From assembly GCA_040954595.2 (NCBI GenBank), contig CM082593.2, forward strand, positions 2,329,830 through 2,393,829: a stretch of DNA of 64,000 nt. Reading direction: 5' to 3'. Below, piece after piece: positions 53,751 to 64,000 of the stretch. The notes beneath the pieces are model-generated. The model was not told the origin of the DNA and made no database searches. It was given only the letters and a program-made list of their open reading frames with translations. This DNA comes from Balanoglossus misakiensis. Taxonomy: Eukaryota; Animalia; Hemichordata. A program made the translations under genes and the position numbers. The stretch's first letter is position 1. Each line of letters opens with the position of its first letter.

Positions 53751-54395
53751 CACTTTTGCTGAGTGTATTGTTTTCTGTGGTAAATGTGTACTTCTACAAA
53801 GTAAATGGGGATGTGGGTAATAGACAGGGAAATACAAATGTATGGCCAAAATCGTCTTGTAATATACAGGGACAAAGTCCATCAGATGTATCCCTGTTGT
53901 ATGTTTTCTGTAACAATCATCATCATGAGACAAACCGAGTTATCTGAAAGTGTGAAATTTAGCCAAAGTCGACATATGTACAAAGTCTCAAAGTGAAGTC
54001 AATGCACAAATCTAAACTGAATTTGGAATTCAAATTTTAAGTAAAACTGACGCTGACAACTATAATGGCAAGGGAATAAAACCCGCTTTCAAACTACATG
54101 TATAATCTTACATGCACTACATAGTCATTGAAAACACAATAAAATTGAACTTGTATATTGTGGAAGATAGAGTTCTGATTGTTCACTGTAGTGTCGCTGA
54201 TTATGTGTATAAAATTGATGAAATCAAAGTCTACAGCTTTGCTTGGTGTGAATCATTCCATTGGCTAAGACATCTTCACATAACTGCGTACGGTGGAGTT
54301 TCGAGATTGTCGATTGAAGGCTATACAAATATACAACTTGTTTTCATAACATGTGCTATGAGTCTCACATTATCACATGACCATCATCCCGTGTT

Positions 54396-54776
54396 TCAGC
54401 ATATTGAACAGGCTGCTTTGTTTTCCCCGCCTTTCTTCCTCGCTCTTTCTTCACTTTGGATTATTGCTTCACACTTCAAATCGATGAGATGATAAAAATC
54501 GGCCTCAGACATCAGCAGATCGTATTCATTGAAATCCTCGGGCAAATGCAGTTGTGAGTAGCGGAGGAAGTTGAGGATATGACGGAATAGTTTTCCGTCT
54601 CCATCGATCAGGTATGCTCCAGTGTTGTCTGTTTTAAGTGGCATACGTCCGCTAAACATGAGGCCCAACCTGGAGTCGGGATATCGTCCCAGCGTCGTGA
54701 GTGAGGTGGTGTAAAGCTTGCCTCCAACGTTCAGGTTCACCATATCACCAGCTGCAGTTTTTATCACGTGTGCCAT
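54396..54776 (-). CDS. Single-exon KCTD-family BTB/POZ (T1) domain protein, 126 aa
   Basis: VNLNVGGKLYTTSLTTLGRYPDSRLGLMFSG, YLIDGDGKLFRHILNFLR, EADFY. Confidence 0.9.
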   Translation of the reverse strand: MAHVIKTAAGDMVNLNVGGKLYTTSLTTLGRYPDSRLGLMFSGRMPLKTDNTGAYLIDGDGKLFRHILNFLRYSQLHLPEDFNEYDLLMSEADFYHLIDLKCEAIIQSEERARKKGGENKAACSIC

Positions 54777-55451
54777 GGTCAGTAATATTTGTTCCGCCGT
54801 TTTTTTGCCTATAAGTAAGTATGCGCGTCACAATGGCAAACACCTTTTTAGACTAGCAGTATTCTTAGAAAAAATGTTGCCTGTCGGGATGGATTTTACA
54901 CTTTCGTTTTCGTTTTGAAGTCCACTTGTAGCATGTGTAGCATGTACTCGACAGTTTAACATATGTCGTGTCAAATTGTTATATTTTGCATGTATCACGG
55001 TCATGGTGTTCCAGATGGTTACTTATCAAGAATTATGATATTACGGGGCGCATATACCCACCCCCCCCCGGAAAGCGCCCTCGCGCAGTGAAGTTCTGTC
55101 AGTGGAGAAGTGAAAAGAAGAACAAACAACTGGGTCATCGAGGTCACTATGCTGTATGTACCAGCAATCTTCCTCTTTTCTGTTTAATTTTGCCCGTATT
55201 AACTGCTTGACGGGATTATAATCAGAGTACACTAGGATTGTAATAAACCCGAGGTAAGACCACTTATTTTATTTTTGTTCTGGATAAATATCGCGTGAAA
55301 CATGTTTGCACAAGGGATCGGACGTGTTTTGTTACCACGGTACTCGTTGGCATGTAAATAATGTTGGCCTCTCCTACCCATAGGCTATGGTGGGATGGGC
55401 GACCGGAAGTGAACCCGGCAGGATTCGTTTTTCCAGTGACCAGTGATAAAT

Positions 55452-57596
55452 ATGACGGTGTTTGATTCGGCAGGGGACAAGAAAATCAACATCTGGAATG
55501 GCGAATACCACCCAAAATCTCCTTGCAAGGTAACTGGACGTTTAGTCATTATGGTCTGTGTGGACGTTTAGTCATTATGGTCTGATCAGACCGGTGTACG
55601 CGTAAGCGGGCGGGTTTCGTCTGTCGGTACTGTGCTTTGCGAAATTGCTGCAGTCACCCATTTTAACTTATTTCTGAAATCAATTTCCCCCTGCTAGATA
55701 TACATCTGCGATGCTGAATTGATGAAACAAAAGTCTCCCATAATGGACGACTTACCTGTGTATACGAGTCATGAAAACAAGAGACGAGGTGTCATTCTAT
55801 ACAATTACAATGATGTACCTCACTTTTTAAAAGGCAATCCATTTATTCTAAGTGGCTACAGGGCACATTTGCCATCATCTATCTGCATCAAGAGGTAAGT
55901 TTCGTTTATGATTTTTTAACCATGCATGGCTTGGACAGGTTGAATTTTTAGCTTGTTATGCACTGTTCGTGTTTGTGTCTGCATGACAGAATGTGTCAAT
56001 GTTGATTGTTTCTCTTTCACTTTCAGTTTATTTCTGTGGTCCAATGAAACTCTGAATATTTGGACACACCTGATTGGCTTCCTCACGTTTTTTGTCCTGT
56101 GTATCTATGACAACGTTGTCATCATTCCTGAATATAAAGGAACTGCGGTGGATCATGTGATGTACTCTGTCTTCCTGACATGTTTTCAGGTATGTTTTGA
56201 AGTACCCAAACAACATAGCTTCTTTAATGTGCCATTGCTGATTTTAGGCTATAGTTTCATTTTTGCACTGTACCTTATCTTATATCTTATAAAACAGTAA
56301 ATGGGCTTTTTGTCTAATGAGTTATGGATGAAATATTAAAGATTGAAAAGATGTAATCACATCTAAACATGTGCTGCATGTGAATCAGTCGTTCCCTAGT
56401 GGTGGTATTCACGGTTTCTTTTGTTTTCATGTTCCCCTCACAGTTCTGTATGTTGTGTTCAACTGGGTATCACTTGTTCTGCTGTCACTCTGAAATAGTG
56501 TGTAAGTGGTGGTTATCGCTGGACCTGGCTGGGATTTCTGTCGGTCTCCTCGGTTGCTACGTGCCAGCTGTCTACTATGCATTCTATTGCTTTGAGGTGA
56601 GGTTTAACCCTTTCAACGCAATGGTTTGGTCCAAATCCATTGTTTTCAATGGTGAAGTTTGGGAGCCATACTGTAACCTTTGATCTGGTTGAGACCAGGA
56701 CTTCCTGGGTTAACTCTAATACGACTTTGTAAAACCGTCCACACTTTGATATTTGATATCAATAATTAAACAGATGCAGCAGATAGTGTTTTTAAAACAG
56801 GTAAATCGTTGTCTTATTTGCAGATGTGGAAATTTTTTTACTTAATTTTCGTAAGTTGCCTGTTGTTGGTGACGTTATTCATGCAACTTCATCCGCGATA
56901 CTTGTCGTCTGGTTGGGCCATAAGAAGATTAATTTTACTCTGCACAGTTGTGGGATTTGGCGTTATCCCTGTCACTCACTGGATCTATTTACACGGTGGA
57001 TACAGAGCGCCGATAGTTTTAGTAAGTTGCCATGGTGACTTCGCCAGATTTCCATGGAGATTTTTTATTTGCTGCAGAAATTACAACCGTTTTCATGACA
57101 TCTGTGTGACCTAACATGTAATATTTGATAATGTGTAGTATTTAAAAATGGAACACTTGCTGACAGGGAAAAAGATTTTTTTGCTTGAAATTCAGTTACA
57201 TTGGATACAGAATTCATTGAATTCTGATCGCAACTTTTGTATCTTGCAGGAATTTCTTCCAAAGGTCACTGTTATGTACATACTAGGAATTTTAGCTTTG
57301 ACGTTTTATGCAACCAAATTTCCAGAAAGGTGCTGCCCAGGTACGTAATTTCACCATCAGATTTAATAACCTATATTCAACTATCATTTTTTGTGTTCAT
57401 TTCAAAATATTATCAAACTAATTTGGAATTGTGTATTGCTTTATCATCAGGCAAAGTAGACTACGTGGGGTCGAGTCATCAGTGGTGGCATATTATTATT
57501 GTGGTAGCATTCTTGTGGTGGCATCAGTCAGGACTGCAGCTGATGGAACACAGGTACAACAATCCGTGCAATGGGGAGGAAAATATTGTGTCATAA
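55452..57596 (+). CDS. PAQR3: Progestin and adipoQ receptor family member 3, 7 exons
   Basis: Exons at ~55452-55529, 55698-55894, 56027-56189, 56443-56596, 56824-57021, 57250-57340, 57451-57596. Motifs GNPFILSGYRAHLP..CIKSLF..SNETLNIWTHL, CSTGYHLFCCHSE, LDLAGI, KFPERCCPG..DYVGSSHQWWH. Confidence 0.94.
55535..55584. repeat. Tandem duplication (24 bp unit, period 26) just inside PAQR3 intron 1
   Basis: tggacgtttagtcattatggtctg occurs twice. Confidence 0.9.
56604..56713. mobile_element. piggyBac-like MITE copy 2 with TTAA at both ends
   Basis: TTAA-CCC...GGG-TTAA boundaries. The left ~55 bp matches the copy at 1599. Confidence 0.65.
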
Positions 57597-58115
57597 CTGT
57601 CATAAGTACAATTAGATGTATGTGTATGTTTATTTTTTTATTGTTTTTTTTAAGTTTTGTAAACAAGTTGCTTTTTTATAATAATTTTGAAATTTTACTA
57701 TTGCAATGTAAATGTTGATTAAAGGAAAATGTAATTTTAATTTTTTTGTGTGAAAGCAGTATGTGTTTTTAATTGTACAGTTTGTAATAGTATATGTATG
57801 CACTTTTAAACAAATGAATAAATAAAAGTAAAACACATATAGAATTTTACTTTTTATTGTGTGATTTTTTAGGTTTGTGAGATGGATAAATAAATGTAAT
57901 TAAAATTTAAGAAAAAAGGTTTGGTATAATCTCGAAAATTTTCATCCAGGCACTTTCTGTGTCCATTTAAGAACCCATTTCCAGGTGTGCGCCTGCCGCG
58001 CGCGTCGGGAAAGAGCGAGTCTCGGACGCGTCGCCATAGTGAATCGAACAAAACAAATCGTGGAGATAGAACTCGTATTGCGATATTGGAGATAGTTTTG
58101 TTTTGCTTCGTGGTG

Positions 58116-59015
58116 ATGAGTGTTCAAAGACTTCTGCGACTAGCTTGTATCGGCTCGCCTAGTCTACTCGCAGGCCAACAACTGCGCAGTCGAACAACCA
58201 TTTTACCAATAATTTATGCGCAGCGATCGAATTGTCTGTTGCCGTCCAGATGTAACGCGAGGTATTTCCATATCTGCTCGAACATCAGGATGGACCATTG
58301 CGGAAGGAGTGGATGGAGGGATTCGGGAACTGAAATCATCAACCCTGCAACGATACAGGTGAAAATACGTGATGCTCTCTTTTAGGGTCGGCGTCAAATT
58401 CACTAGGGGGGGGGGGGGAGACTTCATTTCTTTAGTTCACCTCGAGTAATTAAAGAAAGGCCAAAATCACATTTCTAGAACCGCGCATAAGTTGTGAGAC
58501 GACGCTTTTCAATCGTACGGCATTTTTATGATCCAGTAAAAAATTTGCATTATTGATTATCGTGATTTCTCCATAAGGTATACGCCGATCCGAAGCTGGC
58601 TGGCACCGTTAGAGACATGACTGCCGACGTCGTGGAAATCCGAATGACGCTTGACCGGCTGTCGAACGACATACACGACTGTGAGTACGAACTTCTGAGA
58701 CTGGGTGAAGATCACGAGGAGTTCAAGGCCACGACAAACGACCTGCAGGCTTCAGTCAGTTTAAACGAAAGCAAGGTGAGCCTCTTTGAAGCGGAACACT
58801 ACAATTTCGGCAAGAGCATCCTTCACCTTTCCAAGATGGCTGCCGAGAAAGACGGACAGTTTGACAAGTTGGCTATTTGCACCAACGCCCTTCAAAGCGT
58901 TATTCAACTTTTGAGCTTGAGTTTTGACATCAAAACAGATTTAACGAATATTAAGATGGAATTACACGATGTGAAGACCAGACTTCGAAGGCTAGAGTCT
59001 TTGCCAGTAAAATAA
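58116..59015 (+). CDS. Uncharacterised ~226 aa protein with a mitochondrial-type presequence and a coiled coil; exons 58116-58358 and 58578-59015
   Basis: Arg-rich, acid-free N-terminus (MSVQRLLRLACIG..RYFH), an in-frame phase-0 GT-AG intron and heptad-rich exon 2. Confidence 0.65.
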
Positions 59016-59598
59016 AAAAACCCGTATTTCTTAAAAATGCATGGTTGTATATTACTTGGCTAACAACCCGTTGCTACGGTAGTTAACCAAGTGTCGCGAG
59101 ATCCCGTTGTGTAGTATTCTGCTAAAAGACCATTCAGGTTCGATATACCCACGACTGGATCGCTTACAACACATCATTCACAACACAGATAGAGACCATT
59201 AATTTCAAACTGATTTGAAAGCTATCTTTGGTTTTTGAAGATGTCTCTTTATTCAGTTGGTGAATTTTAAAGTCTAGTGGACGTAAACAATTATTGAATA
59301 CATGTATTATAAAAAATGGTTTCAATACCAGTTCACAAATATCTCAAGCCCACCCAGTACCCGTTAATAGAAATGGCACCAACAGGCGAGTTTATGTAGT
59401 CCTTCGGTAGCCATAAACACCTCTCATTGCAATATCATATCTGTCACATATCATTACACATATCATTATTCAGTACTTGTGATTGGCTGAGACGTACCCA
59501 CGTGATACAAGACGCGCATAATTCAGCTGCCATTCACTGTGAACTAGTGGGAATACATGTCCTGAGAAAGATAGAAAAAAATCCCATTTTCTCCATCC

Positions 59599-61923
59599 TC
59601 AGAGATGTTTTTGGCATCTAACGCCCGCATACTGCGACTGGCAAACACATTGCCAGTATCCGGTCTGCGTGGCGTTTGGGTTGTGATCACATATACCATG
59701 GTTCGAGCACTCAGCTGGTCGAAACTGTTCCCACAGTGCAACGTGCGGGCCAATGCCAGTCCAGGGTTTGTCTGCGGATGAATACAAAATGAGACAAAAG
59801 TAAAAGGGTCGAAGATGGCCTATTTTAGGGGAATGTAGCCCCTTTGACGTCAGTGACATCATAGTATTCATTATTGGTAATTGCCTACTCCCAAGTTGGT
59901 ATGTATACGCCCTTTAATACCGTCGATTACTGTACATGTAGTAAGTAAGTCAGTCAGTCAGTCACTCAGTAAGTGAGCTAGAAAAGATAACTACCTGCTG
60001 CCGACCAATGCAGTATACCAGCTGATTCAATGAGTTCTGCGGGGCGCTCTTTTTTTCTGCCCAAACCACGACTGTTCCACTTTTGGTTAAGTTTTCCCCA
60101 CAGTTCATGGTAAACAATTTGAAAGACGGACTGGCAATCGAATCGCCAGAGCCTGGCTGGGGCGTCAGAAAACTGTAATCAATTGAGTTAAGAAATTTTA
60201 TTGAAATTTCCATGTCTATTGATAGATGCAAAGCCAGTCCCGGGATTATCTAACGTTCCGCAGAATGGAAATTGCAATTTATACGAAAATTGTGCATCTT
60301 GTAACAGACAAAGCTGGCAGCATAGCACTTACAGCTTTTACCCAGTATTCCACTTCATCTATTAAATTGTACTTCCGGTAGAAGTCTAGGTCCATTACGA
60401 GAACACCACCATTAAAAACAGTTGCCGTAGGATCAAATTGTCTTCCGTACCTGGAAATTACAAACGCAGTTTATTGACTTTCATTTATTGTTCCCAATTC
60501 ATGCACAGCTGGCGAGAAATATTTAAACGCAAATGACCCTTCACCTTTCAAAAGGGAAGTGTTACGTAATATGATGCAAATTCCCTGACGTTGTCATCTA
60601 TCAGAACACGTGGAACGTATCTCACCTGTCAAGGTATAATTTCGACACGGCATCCGTCACGAACCCATCGGCTTCGTATGTGCGATTCACTTCTACAGCC
60701 AGTAACGGTGCGTGGAAGTTGTTGGCGATGCGCCACAGGTTTTCAATCGGTTCTTTGACAGCGATGTCAGCATCCAGATAGATAACCCTCTTGACGTCAG
60801 GGAAAATTCTGCAAGCAGGAGGCGAGAAGTTGAGAGCGAGAGAAGAGACAGACAGACACAGGCGAAGAGAGAGAGAGAGCGAGACAGCGGCAGAGGGAGA
60901 GATAGAGGTAAGATACACTGATCACACACGACGCAGATAGGACATGTGGCGTCAGATAAACCAGCAGAATTCCCTGTGAGAGGGGCGTGTAGTCAGAATG
61001 TCCGGGTGGTTGAATAACACACACCTTGCGGTACATTTAACAGGGCGCCGAATGGCGGACTGGGATGTATACAGAGGCTAACTTTACTTCTCCAGTGCAT
61101 TTCTTTACCTGTACATGTAACTTCTTGCAAAATTACAGTCGCTGGTGAGTCGTTTGGCTGAAAACATATCTTTCCATGCATACATCATCTCCTCACCAAC
61201 AATATCTCTTAATTGAAACTTCACAATGTTTATCTGAAATCATAAAAATAAACATAGACATTTAAAGGGAGACGATCGTCTTATGCGCATGTGTCAACCC
61301 AGAAACTCAATTGTATTCGCAAAGAATGAGGGGGGGGGGACCTACCTGAATATCACCGGAACCCCCAAAGCCATAGCACGCTAGAAATTCACGCATGCTC
61401 TGAATAACATTGTCCCCGCCGCAGACTATCACGTGGACCACAATTGACGGCGGATACTTGCTTGACATTCGAATAGAATTGAACAAAGTAGGCAAACCTG
61501 TAAAAATAAAATAAAACTCGCAAAACTCGCACAACCAAGTGACTGCACCGGTTGAATCTCAGTAGTTCTTTGAATTGTCTACCATACGGAATATGATGAA
61601 AATTGTCTGATGAATATTGTCTGTTACAAAATAGAGTTTTGCATGTAAAATTGTCAGTAGGACGTCATACAAAAACACCAGGATTGTCAACAAAGGGCCT
61701 ATCGTTACACAAATCAACAGTACCTTGAAAAAAGGACTCATCACTAGCAGTTACAATATGAATGGAATCAGAACTTGTGAATCTTCTGACGGCCTGTCCC
61801 AGGGAGACGAACCGATCATTGTGCACCGCTATCGTCAGCCAGCAACAGACACCAATGGCTACCAAGTAAAAAACATTGGTGGCTCGTTTCCGCCACCGTA
61901 GTCTGATTCGTAACTTCTGAAGC
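59599..61923 (-). CDS. GT8-family glycosyltransferase (GLT8D-like) with a C-terminal EGF-like segment; start exon not located and internal exon(s) apparently missing
   Basis: TM anchor, IHIVTASDESF, GLPTLFNSI, NFARSYMYRIFPDVKRVIYLDADIAVKEPIENLW (DxD), FNGGVLVMDL, last exon DKPW..CSNHGIC..CVCQSQYAGVRC. Confidence 0.75.
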
Positions 61924-62415
61924 TGTAAGAAAACAAACCACACAAGTAAATTTCCATACTTGGGGTGTTTTGACAGTTGCCAGAGGTTTATGTTCAGTGT
62001 TTTATCGTGTTCCTGATTCGATCAAAGCCGATAAACAAACAGAAGCGTCACAGAATCAATGTATTTTTGTCTCTTATAATATGTATGTTGGGTCTCCCAA
62101 CGTAGGCAATAGACTGACTGTGCTTGCCGGTTCCATACAGATGGCGCTGGTAACAGCTTGGGTAACCAATATCAACGCAATAAATAAAGTGACGAACCGT
62201 CATTTGAGGGTGCATGAAAATAAAAAAACGCACGTTTATTGCCATCTTAGCAAATATCCCCACCGTAAATGACATTTCATGGTTTGTTTTATTACATAAC
62301 CGTCACATAAATGTTCATGATTATACATTAACAAGGTATAAAGTTATTAATGTGGCATAGTTTACCCGCACGTCTGCACACTTGGCCACATGTATGGTTG
62401 AACATCGTGCTTTTC

Positions 62416-62425
62416 TCTCGCGAGA
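62416..62425. promoter_or_regulatory. TCTCGCGAGA palindrome (BANP-type promoter motif) in a CpG-rich patch upstream of the GT8 gene
   Basis: Exact motif visible. Confidence 0.45.
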
Positions 62426-64000
62426 ACGCCCGACGCTTTGTTGAAATGTCGGCAACTGACAGAAACCAAATCCAGATCGCGCGGGATGGGGGTTAACGTT
62501 GCGTGTGATGATGACTGACCAGAAAATATTTATCTAGTATCTACACGCAAAAACAAACACACCGGTTTCTTTAATCCCGGACCACGTGACAATGAGAACG
62601 TGTCATTATGTGCGAATCAATTGCATTAGAAAAATATGAGCCGAAATCACAACACCAGAACTGCCCAAGTGGTGCTAATAACAAGCCGTGTGTTATTTCA
62701 CTCGGGGTTTTGCTGTTTGTTTGAAAAATAGAAATCGGTGCACATTTGTGTAACGTAAATATGTCAGAAAAAATGTCCGTCTTACCTCGTTCATACTGGT
62801 GGGAATCCACTATTCCAGTTAGACAAACCGACACAACGTCACGGAAATGGCGGGGAGCATACTATCAGAAATTTGGATGGACGATTGATGATGAGTTAGC
62901 AGGGGAAAAGTAACCCAGTGAACAGCTGTGTGCATACAAATGAATAGGGGAGGGATTATCGTAGACGACACGTCTCATCGCTTTTCAATCTCAGTATTAT
63001 AAATTCCAGCGTGTGCCACATAGCATGAATGGGCACCCAATCTGTCTGTGGACTTTGAAATTTAAAAATACATGTAATGGAAAAAAATCTCCAACAATTT
63101 GCAAAGGATCATCACCTGCATTTTTGTGCCAATTATGGTAAATGAGCGACATTCAACATCTTTTTGGTTTGTGTCCTAGCAACGGGTACTCATGTGTTAG
63201 TTTTAGGGTTGATCGCTAAGTCGAGAATTTTTCATTTTTGGATATTGTTCATATGCGCTGCGTAGGATATTTATATTATAGTACATAAAAGACTTGCTTC
63301 GAATTGGCCTGTTGGCGTTTGCGGCACCTTTGACTTTTTACAAATCTAAGTACTGTATCATGTATAGAGTGCCAACTACGTCGCTTCGCTGAAAACTTTC
63401 GGATTTCTGCACGGTGGATTTTAAGAGCATTTCAGAACGTCAGAAATAGCTGACAGTCAACTACGCTATCTGCTGCCTTTCTATTTCTATCTGTTGGCAC
63501 AGAGAGATAACATCTCGGAAACCATTAGCAAACATAAGCTTCTCGGATCGACAGTAGAATGAACGGGACTGTTCACTGTTATTGCTGTACCGATAAGCTG
63601 GCACGTCCAATTTTAGCTGTAACATTCATCAAAATACTATCGCTGTTCTTATCTGAGAGAAAAAAATAGAGATAGTTGCTTTGGCGCCAACAGCAGCATG
63701 GGAAGAACAAACTAATGCTACTGACCGCCAAGGTCGCGGCATTAATTTTCATTTACAGACTCCTCGGGCAGACTAAACCCCCGGCGTGTTCTTATATGCT
63801 CCTCAATACGGTCACTGCATTTCTCATGGTACACAACTCTAATTCTAGCATGCACACATGGAGACATTAGAGTATAAAAGTAATTCTTAATACCTGCGCT
63901 TAGGCCAGATGAAATCATATGGTACTTTTAAAACCCACATGACTGAGAAATCCATAGCTAAAGGGCATATCAGTGAATTGTAGTTTGAACACCATGGCAC

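Noticed and set aside
59962-60231. ORF or possible exon NSLNQLVYCIGRQQ as the missing GT8 exon
   Set aside because: The acceptor is purine-rich, there is no HxxG motif, and it would not fix the phase mismatch.

Overview
Intron-rich eukaryotic (animal) genomic DNA, most likely a marine invertebrate; a non-vertebrate deuterostome is my inference from gene similarity and intron style. Genes in order: a WRN-type RecQ helicase (minus strand, runs off the left edge, no exonuclease domain), a sterol-desaturase/fatty-acid-hydroxylase family gene, a DUF7802-like multi-pass membrane protein, GGCX, about 10 kb of non-coding DNA (probably GGCX 5' introns), an intronless GT32 glycosyltransferase, a MARCH8/1-like E3 ligase, FUT11, MRPS24, a BTB-only KCTD gene, PAQR3, an unknown mitochondrial-type coiled-coil gene and a GT8 gene with an EGF-like tail. 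The most striking feature is in the WRN locus. Two unrelated, catalytically dead transposase-derived modules lie sense-oriented in consecutive WRN introns: a spliced Tigger/CENP-B double HTH and a Crypton/DUF3504 domain. Each has a splice acceptor in exactly the phase needed to fuse in frame to the upstream WRN exons, which retain a WRN-like coiled coil. This suggests alternative WRN-transposase fusion isoforms. Other notable items are a highly structured candidate ncRNA in MRPS24 intron 1, CruF-like motifs in the DUF7802 protein, and several MITE-like elements. All exon coordinates were read by eye and no database searches were run.
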